Origin: an uncultured Pseudomonadales bacterium
GTDB lineage: Bacteria; Patescibacteriota; Microgenomatia; UBA1400; CAYNMC01
Assembly: GCA_964414895.1 (NCBI GenBank)
Contig: CAYPXO010000002.1
Span: forward strand, 35,211 to 99,210
DNA length: 64,000 nucleotides
Reading direction: 5' to 3'
The notes under the pieces were generated by a model. It searched no databases. It saw only the letters and a program-made list of their open reading frames with translations, and was not told the origin of the DNA. The translations under genes were made by a program, and so were the position numbers. Within the stretch, counting starts at the first letter, position 1, and every line of letters starts with the position of its first letter. Of the stretch, positions 37,966 to 46,084 are shown one piece after another.

Positions 37966-39637
37966 GACTCTTTCTTGCTTTTAATTTTAGGACAACTAAT
38001 AAAACTGCCATCAATCCCCAAAAAGTGAAAGCTACTTTTGAAGCTTCAAAAACATCAATATAGGCAGCATTAACCAAAATTGCTACAATTCCTCCCATCA
38101 TCCCAGCTACCAAAGCGGAAAAAAATCTATCCCTAATTCGCCTAAAAGAAAAATAACTAATCTTCAAAATCAAAGCGATAATAACAAAAAAGCTCATAAA
38201 ACCAAAAAGTCCTGTTTCTCCCAAAGCCCGAAGATAATCATTGTCTGTTGACTCTGCTTCGGTAAAATCACTAACTTTCTCTTTAGTTAAGGTTGAATAG
38301 CCAGAACCAAAGAAAGGATTTTTTAAAAAGCCTCTAATTGCTTTTGGCCAGAGGGAATCAAAACGAATAGCCGAAGATAAGCCAACAGCAAAAGCAGTTG
38401 GTGAATAGTCACGGGGCACTTTGACAACGGCTGTTTCTGTTGCCTCGTCTTGGCCTTTAAATAGATCTTCTCCTTCCTTCGCGCTCGGCGTGCTAACAAC
38501 ATCAGGAATGTCCTCATAAACATCAGGGGGCAATTTTCTTTTCTTTTCACCATCGCCTTCAGTTCCATCTTTAACAACAATCTTTGGCGGTTGATCTGAT
38601 CGAGAATAAACCAAATCTAGATCTCCTTCCAAGACAATATATCTTAAGTCTTTCTCTTCTATCCCAAATATCTTCTCTTTCACCAAATAACCAATCAAAT
38701 AATCATCCCAAAAATCAACTTTTAAAAAATCGGCAAATCTCTCTGAAAGATCGCCGCCCCAAAAAAACATCACCAAAAAACTAAAGCAAACAACTGTCAA
38801 CCAACGTGATAAACCCCAAAAAATCTTTCTTTTTTCAATCTTTAGGGCTAAAAGGCCAATAGAAACAGAAATCCCTATTAGGTAAGCAATAAAAGAAGTC
38901 CGCGAAGCAGTATAAATGAGCAAAAAGAAACTAACAAAAAAAACAACAAAAAAGAAAAATCTCTTCTTTTCGTCTTTTATAAAAATAGCCAAGCTTGCAA
39001 AAAGCGTTAAGAAAAAAGCCAAATAAGCGGCTAAATCATAGTGCCCGGCAAAAGTCGAAGGAATCCGAGCGTGTTCGGTTAAAACCAAGCGCCAGCCTTT
39101 AGAAAACTCTCTATTCATTGTTGAGTAAACCGGCCAACCAAAAAATTTCTGCCCAAAACCGTAAAAAGAAATAAACATAAGAGTAATTCCTAAAAAAACA
39201 ACCAGTCTTTTAATCTGATTTGAGTCTTTAATCGCTGAATAAAGAATAAAAAACAAAGACATATATTCAACTCTTCTCAGAAAGTGCAAAACTAGTTTAC
39301 TTATATGAATTAGCTGAAAGGGGACCGTTTTACTGATTAAAACGGCATAGAATGAAGAAAAAAGACCAACCGCTAAATACACGCCAATCGGCACCAATAA
39401 AGGATTAGGGAAAATTTTTACCTTTTTCCTTAAAACTTGAATTAAGCAAACTAAAAAAACAAAAGCTACTAAAAAATCTTCAATTCTCACTCTAACTATA
39501 TAACCGGGCAGAACATCAAAAAGCGGCCATTTAGGGTAAAGAGGAATAAAAACTAGTAAAAAAGTGGCTAAAACAAACAAAAGATTCTCTTCAAGCCACT
39601 TTGAAAGCCTGCCAATAGATTTTCTTTTTTTCTTCAT
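37958..39637 (-). CDS. O-antigen ligase/polymerase-like polytopic membrane protein
   Basis: About 12 TM helices with a large periplasmic loop and TASRTSFIAYLIG segment; family assignment tentative. Confidence 0.4.
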   Translation of the reverse strand: MKKKRKSIGRLSKWLEENLLFVLATFLLVFIPLYPKWPLFDVLPGYIVRVRIEDFLVAFVFLVCLIQVLRKKVKIFPNPLLVPIGVYLAVGLFSSFYAVLISKTVPFQLIHISKLVLHFLRRVEYMSLFFILYSAIKDSNQIKRLVVFLGITLMFISFYGFGQKFFGWPVYSTMNREFSKGWRLVLTEHARIPSTFAGHYDLAAYLAFFLTLFASLAIFIKDEKKRFFFFVVFFVSFFLLIYTASRTSFIAYLIGISVSIGLLALKIEKRKIFWGLSRWLTVVCFSFLVMFFWGGDLSERFADFLKVDFWDDYLIGYLVKEKIFGIEEKDLRYIVLEGDLDLVYSRSDQPPKIVVKDGTEGDGEKKRKLPPDVYEDIPDVVSTPSAKEGEDLFKGQDEATETAVVKVPRDYSPTAFAVGLSSAIRFDSLWPKAIRGFLKNPFFGSGYSTLTKEKVSDFTEAESTDNDYLRALGETGLFGFMSFFVIIALILKISYFSFRRIRDRFFSALVAGMMGGIVAILVNAAYIDVFEASKVAFTFWGLMAVLLVVLKLKARKSHV

Positions 39638-40403
39638 TGCCTAATAGTATACCAAAAATAAAAATCCTTAGGAGAGCTCCAATCTTCAATAAAAGTTCAA
39701 GAATAACTTTTTCCCAAGAAGGTTTGTGTTTTTCAAAAAACAGCTTTAATCCCTTATATTCTGCCAAGATCGCTTTTTGAGATAAACTTCTAGGGCTTGC
39801 CTCTTTATAATGGATAATTTCCGGCTCCGGCACATAAAAAACTCGAAAGTCCTTTTTCTTGGCCCGAAAACAAAAATCGACTTCTTCGGCATACATAAAA
39901 TAGTCTTCATCAAAGCCACCAATTTCCTCCACTAATTTTCTCTTGGTTAACAAGAAGGCTCCGGTCACCCAATCAACTTTTCTCTGCTTTCTGTAAAAAC
40001 TTCTCCTCTGTTGGTGATAAGGCTTTAAAAAGAGATTAAAAACAGGCAAGTCATCTAAAAAAAACATCATATAAAAAATCTGGCGCAGTTTTGGGAAAAA
40101 ACCGGCTGATGGTTGGAGTGTCCTGTCTTTGTTTAAAAGCTTGCAACCCAAAATATCAATCTTCTCATTTTTATCTATTATTTTTACTGCCCTTTCTATT
40201 GCTTTTTCCAAAACAACTGTATCCGAGTTTAAAAAAAGAACATATTCACCCTTTGCCTTTCCAATCGCCTGATTACATGCTTTAGCAAACCCCAAATTTT
40301 TTTTGTTTCGGATAAGCCTAATATTTAAGCTTGCATATTTCTTCTTGACACTTGACACTTGACACTTGACACTATAATCCGATCCATTATCAACAACGAT
40401 CAC
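39591..40403 (-). CDS. Glycosyltransferase family 2 (GTG start per ORF track; the conserved N-terminus LTLTIIIPSFNTKEYLEDCIRSI continues in frame to 40520 without a canonical start)
   Basis: VVDNGSD...; in-frame upstream codons encode the typical GT2 IIIPSFN motif and run to a TGA lying inside the class I element end. Confidence 0.7.
   Translation of the reverse strand: MIVVDNGSDYSVKCQVSSVKKKYASLNIRLIRNKKNLGFAKACNQAIGKAKGEYVLFLNSDTVVLEKAIERAVKIIDKNEKIDILGCKLLNKDRTLQPSAGFFPKLRQIFYMMFFLDDLPVFNLFLKPYHQQRRSFYRKQRKVDWVTGAFLLTKRKLVEEIGGFDEDYFMYAEEVDFCFRAKKKDFRVFYVPEPEIIHYKEASPRSLSQKAILAEYKGLKLFFEKHKPSWEKVILELLLKIGALLRIFIFGILLGNEEKKKIYWQAFKVA
40344..40373. repeat. Heptanucleotide tandem array (GACACTT)x4
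   Basis: cttgacacttgacacttgacacttgacact; encodes SVKCQVSSVK in frame. Confidence 0.8.
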
Positions 40404-40518
40404 TTCATAATCGATCCCTTTTGTCTCTCGCCATATGGAACGAATACAGTCTTCTAGATATTCTTTAGTATTAAAACTAGGGATGATGATGGTAAGAGTT
40501 AGTTGAGAAATTCTATTT

Positions 40519-40594
40519 TGTCATTCCTGCGAAAGCAGGAATCTATAAAAATAAATATTATCTGTATAGATTCCTGATCAAATCAGGAATGACC
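40519..40594. repeat. Class I nested-palindrome (REPIN-like) element, copy C
   Basis: TGTCATTCCTGCgaaaGCAGGAATCTATAAAAataaatattatcTGTATAGATTCCTGATcaaATCAGGAATGACC. Confidence 0.75.
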
Positions 40595-40601
40595 ACGAAG
40601 T

Positions 40602-41198
40602 TCACTGAAAAAGTCTTGCTCTGCCTAAACGATAATCAAGTTTCTTTACTTTTCTTTTACCAATCTCTTTGGCGGGAACGCCGCCAACCATTGTCAGCGG
40701 AGCAACATTTTCGGTGACAACGGCACCAGCGGCCACTACTGCTCCTTTACCAATCTTTACTCCCGGAAGAATAACTGCTCTCGCACCGACAAAAACATAA
40801 TCTTTTATCTCCACCGGCTCTTCTATGGGAGCAAAGTCTTCACTGCTAATATCATGCTCGCTGTTGTAAATTAAAACTTGAGAAGCAATCGCTACATGAC
40901 TGCCAATTTTTAAAGAGGCCCGGCCGTCCAAAAAACAATGATCTCCAATAATTGTTCCCTCGCCGATTTCGATATTTTTCGGCTGGAAAAATCTTGCCGC
41001 CATATGTATTGTTGAACCCTTGCCCATTTTGATCCCAAAGAAACTATAAACAACCCTTCGAAAAAGATGACTAGGAATATATCCCGTCCATCTTAGAACC
41101 AGCAAAACAAAATCAAGATAGTAGTTATAAAACCTATTTATGATTTTCGGCCAAGCTTGGCTTAATGTTAATTTATTTCCCATGCGATCGTAAAACAT
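40602..41198 (-). CDS. Hexapeptide-repeat (LbH) acetyltransferase
   Basis: Repeated [LIV]G..x..I hexapeptides; GAVVAAGAVVTENVAPLTMVGGVPAK. Confidence 0.75.
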   Translation of the reverse strand: MFYDRMGNKLTLSQAWPKIINRFYNYYLDFVLLVLRWTGYIPSHLFRRVVYSFFGIKMGKGSTIHMAARFFQPKNIEIGEGTIIGDHCFLDGRASLKIGSHVAIASQVLIYNSEHDISSEDFAPIEEPVEIKDYVFVGARAVILPGVKIGKGAVVAAGAVVTENVAPLTMVGGVPAKEIGKRKVKKLDYRLGRARLFQ

Positions 41199-41241
41199 AA
41201 TTTATTTCTTGTACAATAAATTGCGCCACTACAAAAAGCCC

Positions 41242-42336
41242 TTAATTATCAGTAGTCTTCTGCAAAACCCTTATTGTCTTTTTGGCACATTTCTCCCAAG
41301 AGAATTTTTTTACTTGCTGCAAACCTTTTTTTATTAAATTATTCCTTTCCCTTTGCTTTGATTTTAACATCTTTGACAAACTTTTATAAATCGAATTATC
41401 AGAATAAGGGTTTTCAATATAAACCGCCGCCTCCCCTGCCACCTCAGGCAGGGAAGAAGTCTTGCTGGTTACAACCGGACAGCCGGCTGCCATTGCTTCA
41501 AGCACTGGTATGCCAAAGCCTTCATAGAGTGAAGGGTAAACAAAGCATAAGGCATTCTTTAATAAAGCTTGTTTTTCTTTTTCGCTGACAAAACCGGTAA
41601 AAATAACTTCTTTTTCTAAACCTAACTGTTTTACTTTATTAAATATCTCTTTGTAAAGCCAACCCTTCTTTCCAGCTATTACTAATTTAGTATTTAGGGA
41701 TAAGTATTTAGTATTTAGGGAAGCGAAAGCTTCTATAAGACGAGTGAGGTTTTTTCTGGGCTGGAGAGTGCCGAGGTAAAGAAGATAATTGCTAGCTGGT
41801 AGCTTTTTAAATTCATTCTTTATTCTTGATTCTTTATTCTTGATTCTTTTACTTAGTCCCGGATAAGTAACGGTAATTTTCTCCTCCGGATAATCATAAA
41901 AATGGATAATCTCCTTTTTAGTAAACTCTGAGATGGTAAAAATATGAGCCGCTTTTTTAATTGAATACCTTGTCCAGTTTTTTAGCTGCCAAAGATCGCT
42001 CTTTTTAAACTGCTCAGGAAAACGCCAGAAAGCTAAATCCATAATAGAAATCACCCTTGGGCAAGAAGAAAACCGAGGAGCATAATGACCCGGAGTAAAA
42101 AATAAATCCGGTTTAGGCCGCAAAAAGAATAATTCCAAAGGCAGCCGCCACTGCGTCCACCATAACCCCGGCCGCAAAACCTTATATCGCCACCAACCTG
42201 TCTCTTTAGGTAAATCATCTAAAAGTTTATCTTTCAAAAAAATTTTGAATTTTAAACTGCAATCCTGCCTGCCGGCAGGCAAGGTTTTAATTTTTAATTT
42301 TTCATTTTTAATTTGTCTATATATTTCCCACAACAA
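41242..42336 (-). CDS. Glycosyltransferase family 4, paralog a (tandem duplicate of 42515-43693)
   Basis: C-terminal half identical to paralog b (YLLYLGTLQPRKNL...EGFGIPVLEAMAAGCPVVTSKTSSLPEVAGEAAV). Confidence 0.75.
   Translation of the reverse strand: MLWEIYRQIKNEKLKIKTLPAGRQDCSLKFKIFLKDKLLDDLPKETGWWRYKVLRPGLWWTQWRLPLELFFLRPKPDLFFTPGHYAPRFSSCPRVISIMDLAFWRFPEQFKKSDLWQLKNWTRYSIKKAAHIFTISEFTKKEIIHFYDYPEEKITVTYPGLSKRIKNKESRIKNEFKKLPASNYLLYLGTLQPRKNLTRLIEAFASLNTKYLSLNTKLVIAGKKGWLYKEIFNKVKQLGLEKEVIFTGFVSEKEKQALLKNALCFVYPSLYEGFGIPVLEAMAAGCPVVTSKTSSLPEVAGEAAVYIENPYSDNSIYKSLSKMLKSKQRERNNLIKKGLQQVKKFSWEKCAKKTIRVLQKTTDN
41682..41721. repeat. 21-bp tandem duplication TAAGTATTTAGTATTTAGGGA x1.9
   Basis: Encodes the duplicated KYLSLNT in the GT4-a interdomain linker. 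Confidence 0.75.
41814..41848. repeat. Heptanucleotide tandem array (ATTCTTK)x5
   Basis: attctttattcttgattctttattcttgattcttt; encodes RIKNKESRIKNE. Confidence 0.75.
42263..42283. repeat. Class II core palindrome CCTGCCTGCCGGCAGGCAAGG inserted in frame near the GT4-a N-terminus
   Basis: Encodes LPAGRQDCS; paralog b has NCNA at the homologous position. Confidence 0.7.
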
Positions 42337-42416
42337 CTCATAAGAATAAACATTACTACCTACTCTTTCTTTTATATTCGCTTCGTTACCGTCAATGGCA
42401 ATAAAAATAGTAGTTA

Positions 42417-42449
42417 GTAGTTAGTAGTTAGTAGTTAGGGATCCTCTGT
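42417..42449. repeat. Heptanucleotide tandem array (TAGTAGT)x4.5, intergenic, abutting class I half-element D
   Basis: tagtagttagtagttagtagttagtagttaggg. Confidence 0.8.
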
Positions 42450-42455
42450 CATTCC

Positions 42456-42496
42456 TGGCTCCGACCAGGAATCTATACAAATAAATCTTATTACTT
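42456..42496. repeat. Class I half element (solo REP-like hairpin), copy D
   Basis: TGTCATTCCTGGctccgaCCAGGAATCTATACAAATAAATC with no right half. Confidence 0.65.
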
Positions 42497-42514
42497 ACCC
42501 TCAACCACTGACTA

Positions 42515-43693
42515 TCAACTACCTACTTCCTCATAAACTTTTAGTGTTTCCCTTGCACATTTTTCCCAAGAGAATTTTTTTACTTGCTGCAAACCTTTTT
42601 TTCTTAGATTGCTTTGCAACCGTTTACTTCCCAAAACTTTTTTAATTGCTAAACCAATTTCATCGACCTTCTGCGGATTAACTAAAACCGCCGCCTCCCC
42701 TGCCACCTCAGGCAGAGAAGAAGTCTTGCTGGTTACAACCGGACAGCCGGCTGCCATTGCTTCAAGCACTGGTATGCCAAAGCCTTCATAGAGTGAAGGG
42801 TAAACAAAGCATAAGGCATTCTTTAATAAAGCTTGTTTTTCTTTTTCGCTGACAAAACCGGTAAAAATAACTTCTTTTTCCAAACCTAACTCTTTTACTT
42901 TATTAAATATCTCTTTGTAAAGCCAACCTTTCTTTCCAGCCATTACTAATTTTAGATCTTCAAGTTTTTTTGTTTTTGAGTTTGTGTTTTTGGTTTTTGG
43001 TTTTTGGTTTTTAACATTGGCAAATGCTTTGACTAGCCTAATGAGGTTCTTCCTAGGCTGGAGGGTGCCTAAATAGAGTAAGTAATTGTTGCTAATATTA
43101 TATTTTTTCTTAATAGCTTTAAGCTTTGCGCTGTGGCTTTGCGCTTTGAGCTTTGCGCTTTGAGTTTTTCCTAAATATACTATCCTGATTCTTTCTTCAC
43201 TGAAACCCAACAAACTAACCAAATCATCTTTAGTCGCCTTTGAGTCGGCTATTACTAAATCAGACTCCTCTTTTACCCAGTAAAGCCGCCTTTTCTGCGT
43301 TTTGATAATCTTTTTAGGAAAAGTTTCCGGAAAGTGCAAAAAAGACAAATCATGAACTGTAGTTACTTTTTTTGCCCTTGTTGGCGGTTGTATCCAATCC
43401 GAGGAATGAAAAATGTCAACTCTTCCAATCAACCTCTCAACTTCTAAAAGATGTAGCTTATTCCATAGAAATTCTAGAGGCGTCGGAGGAATAGGAAAAA
43501 TTTTAAATTTTGCATTGCAGTTTTTAATTTTACATTTTAAATTTTGAATTTTCTCTCTTTGCCTTAAAGAATAACCCAAAAAAATATACTCGTTCTTTTT
43601 ATCAATTCTTAAAAGATTATCTACCAGCTTTTCAGTATAACGGCTAACGCCTGTCTGGTAAACTATTTGACTAATATCAATCCCTATTTTCAT
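42515..43693 (-). CDS. Glycosyltransferase family 4, paralog b
   Basis: MKIGIDISQIVYQTGVSRY...; the linker is encoded by repeat arrays (TTTTTGG and GCTTTGCGCTTTGAG). Confidence 0.75.
   Translation of the reverse strand: MKIGIDISQIVYQTGVSRYTEKLVDNLLRIDKKNEYIFLGYSLRQREKIQNLKCKIKNCNAKFKIFPIPPTPLEFLWNKLHLLEVERLIGRVDIFHSSDWIQPPTRAKKVTTVHDLSFLHFPETFPKKIIKTQKRRLYWVKEESDLVIADSKATKDDLVSLLGFSEERIRIVYLGKTQSAKLKAQSHSAKLKAIKKKYNISNNYLLYLGTLQPRKNLIRLVKAFANVKNQKPKTKNTNSKTKKLEDLKLVMAGKKGWLYKEIFNKVKELGLEKEVIFTGFVSEKEKQALLKNALCFVYPSLYEGFGIPVLEAMAAGCPVVTSKTSSLPEVAGEAAVLVNPQKVDEIGLAIKKVLGSKRLQSNLRKKGLQQVKKFSWEKCARETLKVYEEVGS
42966..43012. repeat. Degenerate heptanucleotide array (TTTTTGG)n
   Basis: tttttgtttttgagtttgtgtttttggtttttggtttttggttttt; encodes KNQKPKTKNTNSKTKK. 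Confidence 0.7.
43116..43166. repeat. About 15-bp tandem array GCTTTGCGCTTTGAG x3
   Basis: Encodes SAKLKAQSHSAKLKA. Confidence 0.7.
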
Positions 43694-43775
43694 CTTTCTC
43701 GCCTTCTAAAACCTAATATATTTTTTAAAAAGAGCAAAGCTGTCTATTTTTAAATACATCATGGAGTGAGCTCTT

Positions 43776-44546
43776 TTATTTAATTCTCCCTTCTATTTTA
43801 ACAAAAAATATCTGCCGATAATAAGGCGGCTTATCCCAAAGCTTAAAAAAAGGAATCAAAAACAAAAAAATCTTTCTAAATAAAAAATCAACAAAAATAT
43901 TTTTTGTCATCCAACCCTTCATTAAAAAATTTCTCAAGCCTAAATTTTCATTACCCTGAATTTTAATTCCGACTTTCTTTTTTTCTCTTTTTGCTGCTAA
44001 TTTAATTAATTGAACTATTTCTTCTTTCTTTGGCAAACCATATTCCAAATGCTCTTTAAAAAAAGAAAAAGGCTGCTTAAAAACCTGTTGGTATCTTTTA
44101 TCTAATTTTTTATCTTGAATAAAACTTTTCTTTCCACAAGGAACAGCTATAAAAACCTCTCTTTTTGCCACCCGTAGAACTTCTCTTATCGCTTTTTCCC
44201 TTTTTGTCTTCTGCAAGTGTTCCAGAACATCAACACAAACAACAAAATCAAAACTATCTCTTTTAAAGGGTAGCTTTAAAACGCTTCCCTTTATCTGCTT
44301 TAACAAACCAAACTTCCTTCCTTCAAAATCCTCATCCAAACCAACAACCTCTTTTCCTAAATAAGGAGCAATCCCCAGCCACCCCGACCCCACTTCAAGA
44401 ATAGAAATTTCTTTGACACTTGACACTTGACACTTGACACTTCTTGCTATCGGCCAGTATCTAATCGCTACTTCTGGATGCCAACGAAAAAAATTGAAAA
44501 TTGAAAATTGAAAATTGAAAATTTTATTTACGATACTCATAAACAA
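43776..44546 (-). CDS. Class I SAM-dependent methyltransferase (type 11-like)
   Basis: ILEVGSGWLGIAPYLG motif I, DFVVCVDVLEHL motif; the N-terminus carries the (GAAAATT)4.5 and (GACACTT)4 arrays. Confidence 0.6.
   Translation of the reverse strand: MFMSIVNKIFNFQFSIFNFFRWHPEVAIRYWPIARSVKCQVSSVKEISILEVGSGWLGIAPYLGKEVVGLDEDFEGRKFGLLKQIKGSVLKLPFKRDSFDFVVCVDVLEHLQKTKREKAIREVLRVAKREVFIAVPCGKKSFIQDKKLDKRYQQVFKQPFSFFKEHLEYGLPKKEEIVQLIKLAAKREKKKVGIKIQGNENLGLRNFLMKGWMTKNIFVDFLFRKIFLFLIPFFKLWDKPPYYRQIFFVKIEGRIK
44413..44442. repeat. Heptanucleotide tandem array (GACACTT)x4
   Basis: ttgacacttgacacttgacacttgacactt. Confidence 0.8.
44487..44525. repeat. Heptanucleotide tandem array (GAAAATT)x4.5
   Basis: aaaattgaaaattgaaaattgaaaattgaaaatttt. 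Confidence 0.85.
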
Positions 44547-46011
44547 AACCGACTCCGGGAAAATCGACTGTTTGATTCAAGGAAAAACCACTATCACCCA
44601 ACCAGCCTGTTGCCTTTTGGTCTGGATCAGTCATTCCCGAAAGATACTGAAAGAGAAAAACCTGCTTCTTACTTGGAACTATTTCCTTTAAAAACAAAGA
44701 AATCTTCTCTCCTTTCTCAAAAATTCCCCTCGCTTCAAGGTTTCTTCTTTGATAATAACTCCAAGGCCCAAATGGAGAAGAAAACTCAAAAAGAACTAAA
44801 CTCTTGTCGCCACTTGCCTTATCTTCCACCCAAGAGACTGCCTGACGCCATTGTTCTCTTTGAAACTGAGAGTCAAAATAATATCTCCCCAAACTAAAAA
44901 AATTAATCGTCAAAACCAAACCTACTGCCAACTTCTGCCATTTTTTTTCTAAAGTAAAAACACCCATTGATAACAACAAATAAAAGAAAGGCAAAGTTAA
45001 AAGCAACCTTTTTGGGGCAATAACCGGCACAAAAAAAGATAACAAAAAAGCCCCAAAAACCGGCACTAAAAAAAAGCTTAAAACAATAAAAGCCTTTCTT
45101 CTCTCTTTTCTCCAGCTTCTTATAACAAGAAAAGAGAAGAAAAGAAATAATAAAAAGGCTAAAAAACCATAAAAAAATTTATTTTCAAAACTGGTATTTC
45201 CTATCCAAAATTTAGTTAATACTAAAGGTACTGCTTTTAATAAAGGAGTTGCCACACTAACTTTCCAGAGAGGAAAAATGGCTGCCCAACCTCGACCAAT
45301 CGCTAATTGTTTAAAAAACATCGGCAGCCAAGGCAAAAAAACAAAAAAGCTCAAAGCCAAATTCACCAGCCAATTTGATAATTTATCTTTGTAGAAAAGT
45401 AAAATAATTAAAAATTGAGTAATAAAAATGAAAGGAAAAAAATATAGACTATATAGTCCAGCGATATTGACTAATACAAAAGGGGCAAAAATTCTATAAA
45501 TATGAAAGGAACTGTCCCTAATAAAAAACTTCAAAAAGAAATAAAAAGAGGCAGTTGCTAAAAAACAAGATAACATATAGGGTCTGAATTCTTGGGAATA
45601 GTAAATATGAAAAGGAGAAGTTGCTAAAAAAAGACTAGAGAGCAAAGCGATTTTCTTATTAGTCAATTTCTTAGCAAACAAAAAAACAAACCAAATCGAT
45701 CCCAATCCTAAAAAGACCGGTAATAATCTTGACCACCATTCAGTTTGTGATATCTTTAACCAAAGCCAAGCTAAATAATGGAAAAGCGGCGGGTGAAAGT
45801 CGGCTGGGATTCGCCAAACCTGCCAAAAAGAAACCTTTGATTCCAAAACTTGAATTGCCTCATCAAGCCAAAAGGACTGGTTAATAGCAATTAGGCGCAA
45901 AAATAAAGCCAGAAACAGGATCAAATAAAACACTTCTACTTTTTTTATTGTTCGAGCAAATCTCGATCCGGCTGCGCCGGAGAGAGAGCAGTCAAGAACT
46001 ACTGCCAACAA
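44524..46011 (-). CDS. GT-C fold membrane glycosyltransferase (PMT_2/ArnT-like); the true start probably lies downstream of the ORF-track ATG
   Basis: FWLDEAIQVLE...FHPPLFHYLAW motif region, about 12 TM helices; the first ~20 codons are class II element sequence. Confidence 0.55.
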   Translation of the reverse strand: MLAVVLDCSLSGAAGSRFARTIKKVEVFYLILFLALFLRLIAINQSFWLDEAIQVLESKVSFWQVWRIPADFHPPLFHYLAWLWLKISQTEWWSRLLPVFLGLGSIWFVFLFAKKLTNKKIALLSSLFLATSPFHIYYSQEFRPYMLSCFLATASFYFFLKFFIRDSSFHIYRIFAPFVLVNIAGLYSLYFFPFIFITQFLIILLFYKDKLSNWLVNLALSFFVFLPWLPMFFKQLAIGRGWAAIFPLWKVSVATPLLKAVPLVLTKFWIGNTSFENKFFYGFLAFLLFLFFSFLVIRSWRKERRKAFIVLSFFLVPVFGAFLLSFFVPVIAPKRLLLTLPFFYLLLSMGVFTLEKKWQKLAVGLVLTINFFSLGRYYFDSQFQREQWRQAVSWVEDKASGDKSLVLFEFSSPFGPWSYYQRRNLEARGIFEKGEKISLFLKEIVPSKKQVFLFQYLSGMTDPDQKATGWLGDSGFSLNQTVDFPGVGFVYEYRK

Positions 46012-46065
46012 AACTTCTCGACTTCGCCCCGCACCGAATGGTGCAGGCTTCGCTCGAAGAATAAG
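45946..46065. repeat. Class II GC-rich TIR element, copy 4
   Basis: TTATTGTTCGAGC...CTTCTCGACTTC-GCCCCGCACCgaatGGTGCAGGC-TTCGCTCGAAGAATAAG. Confidence 0.7.
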
Positions 46066-46084
46066 TTTATCAGCTCAATCCTCT

